Shown here: in pieces, positions 50,201-60,098 of the stretch
Layout of the letters: each line of letters begins with the position of its first letter
How positions within the stretch are numbered: position 1 is the stretch's first letter
DNA from: Amphiscolops sp. MND2022
Taxonomy: Eukaryota
Assembly: GCA_964187785.1 (NCBI GenBank)
Contig: OZ076409.1
Location: forward strand, 78,060,001-78,124,000
Reading direction: 5' to 3'
Length of the DNA stretch: 64,000 bases
Made by a program: the position numbers and the translations under genes
Notes under the pieces: generated by a model
Databases searched by the model: none
Seen by the model: only the letters and a program-made list of their open reading frames with translations
What the model was told of the DNA's origin: nothing

Positions 50201-52151
50201 ATTACTGTGCTCCACAGGGGCCTATTTTCCGAAGTTTAATTGCGTGAAAACCGAAGGAGAGTCTTTGATGAAATAAAAAAAGTTGCACAGTGCTGAAAAC
50301 CCCTCTTGAGGACCCTTTGGCCGATCAAAGTTTGCAGACAAAAATTTTTAGCCCTGGGTGGCATTCGAACCTTAAACCGTCTGCTTGGGAAGCGTTCATC
50401 TTAACCACTAGGCCAAGCGGCGTGAACAAAGTCTGTTCAAAAAGGGGACCATTCAATGTGAGGCATTTGGTCTGATAAAAAACTTGTCATAGTAAGAGTC
50501 GGGCATAGAGCCTGGACCAGTTAAGCGATGAACTGTTAATTAGTTCTTGATGGATTAAAAATGTTCAACGTGTTAAAACAAAAAGTAGACAGTTATACCC
50601 TAGTCCAATTGGTGAACGGATCCTCTGTACAGCGGTCCAAAAATCAAACTGAAGAACAAATAGGGCCACAGCTGGTTCAGACAAAGTTTTCGAAACTTTC
50701 GGTTGTATTTTTGGTCAAATTGAAAATTCATTGAAGCTACTTTTTCGATTTAATTTTAGTTTAACGATTCATCACAGCAATTTTTTGCTCAAAATCACTT
50801 TTTTTAGATGAACGACTGTGATGGTTAACCGGTTATTTCAAATGATTAATACATTAGGGTGAAATCAACTTATCTTGTTTAGGCTAATTGCGCCATTGAC
50901 CAACTAAAGACGGCGCTTTCCAACGAGCAAGAGGCCAAAGAACTAATTTCCGCCAAACTGAACACGTGTGAAAATCTTCTTGCTAACTGCTACAAGAAAT
51001 TGGAGTCTTCCAATGCTCACAATAAGCACCTTTTGGCTGCTCTGCTTAAACTCAGGTAAGCCCCGTCTTTAGATAGATTACAGTTTCGTCGCGTTCAAAA
51101 TTTAGACATTTGATTGCCTTCATTGGTGCTCTGTCGGTAAATTGTCCGGATTTATCCTGATCAATTCTAAGCGTCAAATGAATCCATTATATTGAATTAC
51201 TTAATTTTTCTCTGCAAATGTGTTTTGTTGTAGTTTGAAACCAATTTTGAATACTTTTGGTTTTAGTGAAAACTAGATTGCTTTGAAAATTGTTGCGAAA
51301 GTTCTGAAGGAATACCCGTTCTGAAAAGTACCGATAACTAAAACGCGTTGAAAGTTGAAATTGCTTATTAAAGTTTTGATGGAATCTAGGAAAACTCGTC
51401 GAAAACAACTCGCCAAAACAACTGGTCGAAAGTACTAGGCGGAAAACTCGTCGCAAGGATAGAAAATAATCTCATAGAAATATAGCGCTAACTTTGTGAT
51501 CGTGTTATTAAGTTCCAACTTATTATGAAGTATTACACTGTTAACTATAAAAGTGAAATATTTCAAGCAATTTTATAGCTAGAAAAGCTATATTATGCGC
51601 GAAACTGAAAATCAAAGAAAAATAAGATGATGATTTGAAAGTTTTCATCTGATTATCAGCTCTAGCTATTTGGGATCTCGATTTCTTTCAGTGTGTTCTA
51701 CAGTATATAATAAGGAAAGCAGTACATAATGAGGAAAGTTTGATTGGAAAGTACTTCGTTTCCTTGATTGGTCTTAAGTTCAAGAAGCAACTTTTCTTTA
51801 TTAGATCTTGCTCAGAGTTGCCTCCAATCGGCATGTCGTATTTGCAGCCTTGAAAGCAGTTATTATTCAGAATCATCTTGATAAAGGCACTTTTTGTGCT
51901 GTGTAATAGCTCACTTTCACTTAATTATGTTCCTATGGAATTGGAGTGTCAGTTCAGACTTTGTTTGCGGCAGTTTTCAGGCAAAATTCCCATAGTGAAA
52001 AATGTATGTTAAGATATCTTTTTTTTCCAGGAGTCTTAATTCAGATTCTGCAACAACAGATCGACAAGCCTTTGGGAAGGAACTGGATAATTTATGCCAG
52101 CACTTGTCACATATTCTGACGCAAGTGAGCCCTCAAACTTCTTCAAGTTGA
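14083..52151 (+). CDS. ANKS3: ANKS3-like ankyrin repeat and SAM domain protein; exons 14083-14282, 23355-23553, 29402-29605, 29763-29886, 33006-33227, 36954-37190, 39137-39302, 40060-40176, 47871-48131, 49179-49320, 50883-51055, 52031-52151 (721 aa)
   Basis: Motifs recognised from ANKS3: VPLDLHTAASLG, GGWTPLMYASYIGHD, CGNE, SIHEGP, SAM domain (DLAQLLEHIQCSKWLPKFQEQDVD...LKEIGINLLGPRRKMTTAIAR), LEQTYANKL coiled coil; all 11 junctions are phase-consistent (2166 nt). Confidence 0.9.
14344..14717 (+). mobile_element. Helentron-like non-autonomous family B copy
   Basis: 5' TTTGTTATTTTCCGCC, 3' CGGAAAATATCCCGGTGCTTAGCGGGCGTCTTGTT; homologous copies at 30309-30735 and 59734-60098, 3' fragments at ~15836-15885 and ~21820-21853. 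Confidence 0.65.
16990..17299 (-). mobile_element. Family A fragment inserted into the gypsy RT region
   Basis: GGGGGACCCTTT subrepeats, ends GCGCCGACTGAAAA. Confidence 0.7.
20368..20710 (-). mobile_element. Family A partial copy inserted into the gypsy 3' region
   Basis: Begins ACAAGCCGGGACCGGCCCAAGTCGGCGCCATATCTAAGGCTC. Confidence 0.75.
22119..22635 (+). mobile_element. Helentron-like non-autonomous element (HINE/DINE-1-like), family A
   Basis: T-run + subTIR AGTCGGCGC with nearby inverted copy; 3' subTIR GGCGCCGACTT then stem-loop GCCG-TTCC-CGGC and TTGTT; no TSD; internal B-box-like GGTTCGAGTCC. Confidence 0.75.
23355..23553 (+). CDS. ANKS3: ANKS3 exon 2 (ankyrin repeats)
   Basis: GGWTPLMYASYIGHD...GRTALMLACCCGNE; TTTAG|G ... 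CAG|GTTAAT. Confidence 0.92.
24308..24976 (+). mobile_element. Family A Helentron-like element
   Basis: Same termini; internal AAAGGGTCCCCC subrepeats. Confidence 0.78.
25652..26240 (+). repeat. Interspersed repeat with internal ~54-bp tandem units and a 3' GC hairpin
   Basis: Repeated TCATTGAGATGAAGCGA units; hairpin GCCCC-GCA-GGGGC near 26220; related copy at ~49960-50230. Confidence 0.55.
26403..27874 (-). CDS. MPI: Mannose-6-phosphate isomerase (type I PMI), exons 27874-27702 and 27381-26403; 383 aa; nested in ANKS3 intron 2
   Basis: MQQLKCGIQNYHWGK...[68 protein letters not shown]; GT-AG intron 27701-27382, phase 2. Confidence 0.95.
29109..29332 (-). mobile_element. Family A internally deleted copy
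   Basis: CAAGCCGGGAACGGC start, GCGTCGACTAAAAA end. Confidence 0.6.
29402..29605 (+). CDS. ANKS3: ANKS3 exon 3 (ankyrin repeats)
   Basis: ARADIDAIDYRGKTALFHAVSNGH...GYTPLIEAA; donor TTT|GTTAGT. Confidence 0.9.
29763..29886 (+). CDS. ANKS3: ANKS3 exon 4
   Basis: GADWRIKLANGHSARTLALKHNHLSVVEMID; donor G|GTTGGT. Confidence 0.88.
30309..30735 (+). mobile_element. Family B copy with a tRNA-like module and a nested MITE
   Basis: Family B termini; GGCTCAGTTGGTAGTGCA...GTGTGAATCTCGCC at ~30619-30683. Confidence 0.65.
30439..30612. mobile_element. Tc1/pogo-type MITE
   Basis: TA|CAGTGGAAGCCGCTTATATGGGAC ... GTCCCATTTAAGCGGCTTCCACTG|TA. Confidence 0.88.
30852..31550 (-). mobile_element. Family A copy (diverged)
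   Basis: AACAAGACGGAAACATCTAAAGTCGGCACG start; GGAGACCCTTT subrepeats; degenerate hairpin end. Confidence 0.6.
31738..32222 (-). mobile_element. Family A Helentron-like element
   Basis: AACAAGCCGAGAACGGCCAAAGTCGGCACC ... AGTCGGGCACATTTT..AAAATGCGCCGACTAAAAAA. Confidence 0.75.
33006..33227 (+). CDS. ANKS3: ANKS3 exon 5
   Basis: Contains SIHEGP motif; phase 1/1. Confidence 0.8.
33257..33946 (+). mobile_element. Family A element with a triplicated 5' hairpin terminus
   Basis: Three tandem TTTTTAGTCGGCGCTTT...GCCCGACT modules (33257-33420) then the body, ending GGCGCCGACTTTAGACGTTCTCGTCTTGTT. Confidence 0.78.
34928..35325 (-). mobile_element. Family A Helentron-like element
   Basis: AACAAGCCGGGACCGGCCCAAGTCGGCGCC ... 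AGTCGGCTCTTTTCTCTAGAAAAGCGCCGACTAAAAA. Confidence 0.8.
35330..35975. mobile_element. Truncated copy of the long-TIR MITE at 47043-47800
   Basis: Ends GTTGCAATATTTAGAACGCTACTG|TA; internal homology to 47043-47800. Confidence 0.6.
36954..37190 (+). CDS. ANKS3: ANKS3 exon 6 (linker)
   Basis: TTTTTTCAG|GA ... CAAG|GTAGTA; phase 1/1; GC-richer open frame. Confidence 0.7.
38150..38534 (+). mobile_element. Family A copy, 5'-degenerate
   Basis: Ends GGCGCCAACTTGGGCCGTTCCCGGTTTGTT. Confidence 0.65.
38844..38893. repeat. Perfect 50-bp palindrome (25-bp arms, no spacer)
   Basis: ACCGAATGAATATATAAAAGAATAT|ATATTCTTTTATATATTCATTCGGT. Confidence 0.9.
39137..39302 (+). CDS. ANKS3: ANKS3 exon 7 (linker)
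   Basis: GTGCAG|AT ... AA|GTTTGT; phase 1/2. Confidence 0.65.
40060..40176 (+). CDS. ANKS3: ANKS3 exon 8 (linker)
   Basis: TCTTTAG|T ... AG|GTTAGG; phase 2/2. Confidence 0.65.
40800..41192 (+). mobile_element. Possible 3' remnant and LTR of a BEL/Pao-like retrotransposon
   Basis: WTEEYI-like residues ~40817, purine tract GGGGAGGGGAA followed by TG (40991), candidate LTR ending AATTAAACTACA (41192); weak. Confidence 0.3.
41779..42000 (+). CDS. FLYWCH zinc-finger ORF (MULE transposase-type N-terminal domain) in ANKS3 intron 8
   Basis: FVSSQRGQPKLKHEGYFY...TTWRCDKRSCKATATT...EHFH (W-C-C-H-x-H pattern); GTAAGT donor at 41997. Confidence 0.65.
   Translation: MPLEFVSSQRGQPKLKHEGYFYCKHRESNGVTTWRCDKRSCKATATTSEYDDTVYVSREHFHPASLPPVEPLS
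42600..44000. repeat. Complex repeat with ~180-bp subrepeats and a central fold-back
   Basis: Subrepeats at ~42830, ~43015, ~43820; inverted arms ~43370-43477 and ~43522-43630. Confidence 0.6.
45692..46126. mobile_element. MULE/Mutator-type MITE
   Basis: TIRs built of CAGACAAAAGGGCC subrepeats; perfect 9-bp TSD AGTTTGTTC (45683-45691 / 46127-46135). Confidence 0.85.
46603..47035. repeat. Interspersed repeat; related copy at ~51385-51660
   Basis: Shared CTAGGAAAAC..GTCGAAAA..CAACTCGCCAAAA and AACTTTGTGATCGT..AACTATAAAAGTGAAA blocks. Confidence 0.55.
47043..47800. mobile_element. Tc1/mariner-type MITE with long TIRs
   Basis: TA|AAGTAGCGTTCTAAAATATCGCAAC ... GTTGCGATATTTTAGAACGCTACTG|TA; inverted homology extends ~140 bp. 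Confidence 0.82.
47871..48131 (+). CDS. ANKS3: ANKS3 exon 9 (SAM domain N-part)
   Basis: TTTTCAG|G; DLAQLLEHIQCSKWLPKFQEQDVDINVFYTMTDNDLKEIGI; AA|GTTAGC. Confidence 0.9.
49179..49320 (+). CDS. ANKS3: ANKS3 exon 10 (SAM C-part, coiled coil)
   Basis: LLGPRRKMTTAIAR...; probable GC donor CAG|GCTAGT. Confidence 0.85.
50883..51055 (+). CDS. ANKS3: ANKS3 exon 11 (coiled coil)
   Basis: TTTAG|GCT AAT TGC...; donor CAG|GTAAGC. Confidence 0.8.
52031..52151 (+). CDS. ANKS3: ANKS3 exon 12 (putative last coding exon)
   Basis: TTTTCCAG|G; stop TGA 52149-52151; an internal CAA|GTGAGC (52125) could alternatively be a donor. Confidence 0.7.
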
Positions 52152-53429
52152 AATGATTGAAACACTTGTCGTTACCATCCTTTTTTGTTCATAATGTAAA
52201 AAAATCGAAATCAATCAATAAGCTACTTATTTTGTGCCTTAACTATTTGTATGAGACAATCCATCTTCTCAGGATATTTGTGGATAGTTTGTGAGCTGCA
52301 TTTTAGATTTAGATCATTTTTATTATTTCCAGTAATCAATTAATCTCTATTTATACCAATATCTTTTCTTAATTCACAAATTTCCGCTCACCATTATTTG
52401 GTTTCCAAAGCATCGACTCGGCTCTAAAGGGGCAACACTTGAGATATGCTAGGAAGTGAAGCTGATTGAATTTGTGTAACCCGACACAGCCAATAGAAAT
52501 GTGATCCCATGTGTTACTTTGAAAGGCAACTGGTTTTGTATAAAAAGTCAATTCTCCTGATTTGACATGGAAAAATGCTTTGAAACGTAATTGCATCTCC
52601 TTTACAACCTTAAGTTTTCGGACTCAGTTAATCCGGAATTACGCTTATTATCAATTCTTTACCTACCCTAGTTGAGAATGCCGTGAAGTTTTGTAAGCAC
52701 ATGAATAAAATGCAGGCTAATTTTTGATAAAACATAGAAAAATCAGGGACCCTGCATGGAAAATTTTGTAAAACTTCCCTGCATCTTGGAAAATCTTGGA
52801 AAACTTTCCTGCATTTTGCAAAAACTTGGAAAAATATCCACTAAGCCTCGACAAAAAATCTTCAGCAAAAATCCTGAAAAGGATGCAATTTTTGTATTTT
52901 TTTGATCTCTCAATCTTTTCTCACAAAAAGGTCCTCTTCTCGCAACCTAATAAGAGCTGAGAAAAAACTGAATTCCAACTAAAAGAAAATTAAAAAAACT
53001 AGTGAACATCTACAAATCAACATTATGCAAAATCAAAGTCCAAAAAAATTTAGGAGTTGTTTCGAGGAAGTCGAGACCCAGAACACTTGTATCCCATTCG
53101 GGGTTGTTTTGAGGAAGCCGAGACCCAGAACACTTGTATCCCATACAAAACATCAGGTGCCAGGGATAGCTCCTCCAATGGTTTCGTACCAGATGCCACA
53201 CAATTTTCATCTTTATCGAAGACAACGTCTGAAACAAAAACTGGTTATTCCTTGACACACCGAGGAGTTAGGAAAGACATATAAAAAAAACAACAGCGAA
53301 AAAAACTCGAGGACTAGATATTACATTTCCATGACTCTTTTTTTGAGTTTTTCAAGAACTGGGAACACTAAAACGCTAGATTTGGCAACAACGTTTTTCG
53401 AGCGAAAGGCTACGTTTTGGGAAACCACC

Positions 53430-53750
53430 GTCTAAACACTGGAATAACATTTGAAATTGATGAATACAGTAAAGTTTAGGTCTTATTTTACCGAAATGAA
53501 GGACTTTTAGGCGTTTTTCCACCACTAAAATGACGTTACCGGAATAAGGACTAAAATTGAAAATAAAAGATCCAAACACTGGAATACCGACTTAAAAAGT
53601 TGACGATACGTCTAAACACTTGAATAACAACTAAAATTGATGAATACAGTAAAATTTAGGCCTTATTTTACCGAAATGAAGGGATTTTAGGCGTTTTTCC
53701 ACCACTAAAACGATGCTACCGGAATAAGGACTAAAGTTGAAGATAAATGA
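53430..53750. repeat. ~180-bp tandem duplication
   Basis: GTCTAAACACT...AATAAGGACTAAA block repeated at 53430 and 53610. Confidence 0.75.
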
Positions 53751-54957
53751 AATACACATTGGACTGAAATTTGACTGAAATTTTTGGATTAGAATTTTTC
53801 AGTTCCAAAAATTTTGTTGAGTTGTTTTCCTGAAAAACACCAAATTTTTCATCTCATTCGAAAAACTTCAACAGAAATGCTCACAAAAAGCTGTAAAAGT
53901 CCTTTCCGTTAGTCCATCAGATTTTTTGAATTTTTTTGACGCTGAAAACGTTTCAAAAAGAATTGAAATTTCAACCAATCAAAACAGCCTTATTTTGATA
54001 TTCCGTTTCAAAGTAGTTCTCTAAAAGTGCCGTGTATAACTTTTATTTGGAAATGTTTTCGTTTTTGCAAACCCGAAAAGTGATAAATATAGCTCATTCC
54101 GACAGTTTTCATACAAAAAAAAACTTTTTCCCACTGAAAAAAAATCCAGTAATACGAATTTGTTTGCCACACTGCCACGCGTTGACTATTTGTTTACAAC
54201 TTATTGTAGCGTCTGTGCTTACAAAACTTGAGGTTTTGCCCACGCAAACCTGCAAAATTTTGCGGGGACTTTGTTCTTTGATTTTCTTGATGTTGCTCTG
54301 AAAACCCGCCAAATTGTATAGAAATCCTAATAAATACCTGAAGAAATAGCATTGCATCAGAGAATTATTTTGCATTAATGATTGTATATGAAACTCCCAA
54401 AAGCATGCTAAAAGTGCTTGGTAGCCTATGAAATCATGTAAAAGTTTCAAGCAATTTCAACTAGGGTACCATTCTTTACCTACCATTCTTTACCTACCAA
54501 TTCTTTACCATTGAAACCTGATCTGGCTTCAGGAGCAAACCAAAAGTGATGTGCCATTCAGCTCATTTTTGAATGGTTCAAAACATTGTTCGAAATGGAT
54601 GTTTAGGTATCTTTGGCATAATATGTTGGAGGTCACTTATTTCCCGGTTTGAAGCTCCAGTAGGAGAATTGATCTCAGCTGTCGCTGTCATTTTCTAATT
54701 GTAATGGATGTATTTGCAAAACTTCTACGTAAATTATCGAGCATAGACTGTAAACTCTATTACAATAGTACATTGGAACTATCATACTTCCGGAATTTGT
54801 TGCCGACATTTGACTGAAATTGTCGGATGTGATTGAGTTTATCGCCTAGGTTTTGAGAACAGTTCGAACGAAACATGTTTTCATAACATTTTTTGAAAGT
54901 CGGTGACAACAAACTTCACAAACGTGGAACTTGAGCATCTTTTGACCTGAGATACTT

Positions 54958-55731
54958 TTATTGACATGAAGCGAATGACTGACTCCGCTAATCAAGGTTC
55001 AAAAAATAAATAATATAATCGTCTCCAAGAATTGGACGTCTCCGAGCAATAGTACTGAGATTGCCATCTCGCAAGTCTCAAAAATATTATTGGCATGAAG
55101 CGAATGACTGACTCCACTAATCAAGGTTCAAAAAATAAATGATGTAATCGTCTCCAAGAATTGGACGTCTCCAAGCAATAGTACTGAGATTGCCATCTCG
55201 CAAGTCTCAAAAATATTATTGACATGAAGCGAATGACTGACTCCACTAATCAAGGTTCAAAAAATAAATGATGTAATCGTCTCCAAGAATTGGACGTCTC
55301 CAAGCAATAGTACTGAGATTGCCATCTCGCAAGTCTCAAAAATATTATTGACATGAAGCGAATGACTGACTCCACTAATCAAGGTTCAAAAAATAAATGA
55401 TGTAATCGTCTCCAAGAATTGGACGTCTCCAAGCAATAGTACTGAGATTGCCATCTCGCAAGTCTCAAAAATATTATTGACATGAAGCGAATGACTGACT
55501 CCACTAATCAAGGTTCAAAAAATAAATGATGTAATCGTCTCCAAGAATTTGACGTCTCCAAGCAATAGTGCTGAGATTGCCATCTCGCAAGTCTCAAAAA
55601 TATTATTGACATGAAGGGAATGACTGACTCCACTAATCAAGGTTCAAAAAATAAATGATGTAATCGTCTCCAAGAATTGGACGTCTCCAAGCAATAGTAC
55701 TGTGATTGCCATCTCGCAAGTCTCAAAAATA
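54958..55731. repeat. 129-bp tandem array, 6 near-identical units
   Basis: Unit starts TTGACATGAAG at 54961, 55090, 55219, 55348, 55477, 55606. Confidence 0.95.
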
Positions 55732-55805
55732 GAGATACAGTAATAATTCTATTCCGAAATTGATATTTACTGACGGAAAATTTTAGGACAAAAATTACTT
55801 CGATA

Positions 55806-55945
55806 AGTCGTTCCCACCGCAATATAGAAATGATGCAATCAAATACAAACTTTTGCATTTCATATATCAAGCCGTTTTTCCTAAACAAATTTGTTGCACT
55901 CCGATTATAAAATTTGCACGTCAAATATCAATTTGCCATTCAAAT
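55806..55945. mobile_element. TIR fragment of the 10406-12213 Tc1-like family
   Basis: AGTCGTTCCCACCGCAATATAGAAATGATGCAATCAAATA...GCACGTCAAATATCAATTTGCCATTCAAAT matches 10407-10546. Confidence 0.8.
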
Positions 55946-58446
55946 TTTGCAGCTACCTTTCCGCCATTCTGAGGGCGGTTCAGCGCGAAACCCTTCTCGT
56001 CTAATTGAAATGCATGCATGACTCATCACACAGATGATGCTGTTTCACATGTTTTATTTCAAGTTTTTACAAAAATTGAAGTCGTCCCGAAATACTTTGA
56101 GGCCGCCTGGGGCCGCTTGAAATTTCTCCGTGTGATCTCACGTTCCTGTATACCGGATTATAGAGTCAAAGAAGTTTCAGAATTACATGATGAACGTATG
56201 GTTTATTTATTGAGGGTGGTTACCGGATGAGCCGCAAAAACAGTTCCATGCGCGCCAGCAGTCGACTACATTCGTTTTGCGGTATTTTCTTTGAGGTATT
56301 ACAAATGCTGTTTTCCGTCAGCACGTGCGTTCAGTCCTGCGTACCTTGAGTAAACAATACTCCTCGCTTAATTGACCGACGACTGTAACTTCCATGTATT
56401 TTTCATAGGGTTCGTAGGTGAAGACACGTTTCATGATCATTGAATTTTCTGGTGATATACACAACATTCGAGGTTTGTTTGCAAAGAGGCAGTGCTACCC
56501 TACGCGTGTCATAGGATTCCAAAAACATACGTACGTGGCCTAATAGTCTATTGGCTGACAATTTCATACATGATATGATGATATGATGTATTCCGAGTTT
56601 TGCTGACGGGCCCGTAGGGGTCGACCCAGAGCACTTCTGGTGCTAATATCCCAAGGCCGAGAGGTGCTGTTCCCTTTGCTTAAACAAGTGCCATAACTGC
56701 CTATGTATACGTGTGCCAAGTTTCATGTCTCTACGGTTGATAGGCTCTGAGGAAAACTGTTTGGATTGGTCACACTTGGTTCTCCAGGGTAGTATCTTAT
56801 ACTGAAAAGTTAAACTTGGTAAAGCTTGCACTAAGAGATCACCTGTGTCTCAATCGATTCGCATAATCACATTGCTGACGGTAACGGAAGACCTTCTTTT
56901 TAAGTGGACGGAAGTATCGGTCCACTAAGTAAACATCAGGTTTGCCAAAAAAGCATTTACAAAACGCGCTATCGTCAGCCTTTCAATGTTACTACTAAGT
57001 CGGCCAGTCTACAAAATGGTTTGCTCTTCACTCTGGGCTTCGCGCAGAAAACTAAGATTTTTACAAAAACGCAAGAATGTAAAAATCCTACCTTTAGTCT
57101 GAGCCATCAACCCAGTTTATCGAAAACGAATTTTTCAAAGTTCACTAGTTTTCCGAGAAAGGGTTCGTTTTCACCATTGAGAGTTATGTAAGTTTTTTTA
57201 ATCTATAAATAGTTTAAATTTTTTTAATATGAGCGGAATCAGATTCGAACATCACCCAATAGAGGTTCACTGCAACATTTTGGGAAAATCAACCGATAAA
57301 GGTTTTAGCTCAAAGTGTGTTTTACGTTTTACTATTTTTCCTAAGCGCAGCAGTCCTAAGCCTGAAAACAAAGACTAACATAACTCTGCTGTATGGTTTC
57401 GTGCTGTATGGTTTCGTGTTTCGAGACAAACTGTCAGATAGTAGGATTTTCCAGGCTTAAAGCTAAGTAAATGAATCAAATTTGCCAATAACAGTGGTCG
57501 CGATAGTATCAGGCATGCTTAGAAAAACATACTGCAGCTTTGTGCGACTTTTTTGTATTACCAAAGTATCCATCTGTGAGCATTTAGATTTTTCAGTGAA
57601 TACAACGGAATTTTGCAACCCCAGGGTGTCCCTTTTTTTCGAAGTGCGACTTTTTGTAAAAAAAAGTATTTAAAAAATTCTTCAAAGTGGAGTTTTTGTT
57701 GTTCTCAGTTAAGTAACAGCTCAAAGGTGCCTTTATTTTAAGTTTTGGGGATTGATGAAAAATTTCTGACTATGAAAACTTTTTTTCTTCTGAGCCTTGG
57801 GCGGGCGCCGACTTGGACCTTTTCCGGCTTGTTTCAATCATATTTATTGAACCAATACTGAATTGTAGAGATTTTCTTTCAATTTGGTTTGGTAATGAGA
57901 AGGCGATGGAATTGTCAGTTTGAAACACCCGTCCCAGGAATTTGTTTCAGGTCTTTAGAGGTGTTCCCAATTGATTATCCCGTTACTTTTTCTTTTTCAA
58001 ACAACTGATGTGTTCAATTTTTTCGTAATAAACGAGTATCCGCTGCGCCGTTTGTTTCAAAACTTTGCGCCAATTTGAGATGTTCTCGGTCTGTTTTTAT
58101 TTCATGAAACTTGTTTCTGTCCTGCAAACTTCTCTTCTCATGATGCACAAAAGACATTGCAGCTCCACGGCTCTGCTTTATATTTCTCGCTTTTGTAAAA
58201 ACCGAGAAGACTTAGAACCAGTGAAGATTCATTTTTCGAAAATTATTGTTACCTGATTTGAACAAAATTGATAAATGGAAACGATATTGAAGGCCACTTG
58301 TTGTAATTATTGAAACCGTGACTTGGAAGGCTGAGAAGCGTGGGTTCGATTCTCACTCAGGGCGAAGTTTACTAATTATATTTTTCTGAGACATAGGCGT
58401 TATGGGGCTTAGCGTAAGGTTCACAAAAAATTTGCTTGATTATAAG

Positions 58447-58630
58447 ATTGAGAACCTTTCTCCAGGAAATTTCTGCATAAAAGACCCTGAAAAACTTTTT
58501 CTTGAGAAAGCGGTGGGGAGTTTATAACAGTGAGGAGTTTTCCCGAGGAGATGAGAAGCAAACTTCCAAGAAAAGTTTTTTTCAGGGTCTCTCCTGCAGA
58601 AATTTCTTGGAGAAAGGTTCTCGACTCAAT
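58447..58630. repeat. Fold-back/MITE-like inverted repeat
   Basis: GAGAACCTTTCTCCAGGAAATTTCTGCA..GACCCTGAAAAACTTTT / AAAAGTTTTTTTCAGGGTC..TGCAGAAATTTCTTGGAGAAAGGTTCTC. Confidence 0.7.
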
Positions 58631-59733
58631 TGTAGCCTACTCATTTTTCAAAACATAAGTACATGGTTGCTTCAACTACCTTCAGTTTGAGGATAGTAGG
58701 CAGACAAAATTGAAAAACAAAAAAAAACAACTTGTGAAGGGCGAATTGCGAAAGGAATGGCTTGCCGTAATTGTTTAGGTTAAAAAAGAACGAGAAAAGA
58801 AGCTTTTCCTAGGTATCTATCCTCACTTCCGATATAAAGGACTTCAGTGAAAAAAGTGCTCGGCAATTGAAGTGGCAAGTTTTTCTTCGTTTTCATTAGG
58901 CCACAGACCTCACACTGAATGGTTATTTTTTTGTTTACGCCGCTTGGTCGTCACTTGGCCTATACGTTGTGAGTTCGAATCCCAGTCAGGACCAAAATTG
59001 ATTGTTTAATTAACATTGGCGGGGATCAATGACCATTTTTCGGCACCATGGTTTTCTACCATTTCAGATTTTTTAATGTTTCCAGTTGAGGAAAACGCTG
59101 TCCGAGCCCAAAAGCGCCTTTCCGGTTTTTGGAACTCGGGATCTCTGATAACATCTCAAATACTACACTGAGCATATTAATGAGACTTTGCGCCTTTAAG
59201 TTTTAGGCGGAGAGCCGATTAGAGTTTTTGTAGTCTAGTTTTGTTTCAAGTTGTTTTGTCTGAAAATGCTCCAGCACCATTCTAACCCAATAATCTGGCG
59301 TCACTGATGTATGTGCATTGCTGCAGTAGCTGTCTTCAGTTTGATGATGTTAAGGTTGCGAAATTGGAAAAAGGGAAAAGAACAAATTCTTTCGAGTTTC
59401 AAACAAACAAACAGCAAAGATGCAAAACATACAAAAAAAAACAAAATATACCAAAATCATGCTGGGAGTATAGCTCAACCAGAAGTCGAACCATTACTAA
59501 TGTGTCTATTCTCAGTTCCGACATGATATATTGACGAAAACAAACAAGTTTCACTCCAAGAATTGAATGAAAAAGTTTGAGAACATTTCGACGAGCAACT
59601 TCGTTATACCAAAGGACCTGAAAAAATTGGACTTAAAACGAAGCATTTCATTGCTATACCCGAAAGTTGTCATCGCATTGAGTAAGACGGGCCTAACCCA
59701 TCCTGCTCTTTACTGTGTCTTCTGGGTTCTCCC

Positions 59734-60098
59734 TTGTTATTTTTGTTTTTCGACCCACATTTTCAATGGGGGAGGAAAATCATCATCTGTGTTGCGTTTT
59801 TTTCCAAATTCTGCCAAAACTCCTCTTTGTACAACTCCACTTACTCAGTCTCCCTGCTCAGCCTTCATCCTTCATACTGAGATGGGAATAATATCTAAAG
59901 TGAAAATGGGATTAAGATCTAAAGGGAATAAGATATATAATTTCAGGACGGAAATAAGATCTAAAGGGAATAAGATCTAAAAGCACTAAATTTCAGATCT
60001 TATTATTTAGATCCTATTCCCCTCCCAAAATAGCTATGGCTCAAGTGATGAAGGCGAAAAGGGAGGAAAATATCCCGGTGCTTAGCGGGCGTCTTGTT
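59734..60098 (+). mobile_element. Family B copy
   Basis: Same termini and internal GGGAATAAGATCTAAA repeats as 14344-14717. Confidence 0.65.

Noticed and set aside
54958..55731. CRISPR-like array
   Set aside because: Whole 129-bp units are near-identical with no unique spacers; eukaryotic context; no cas genes
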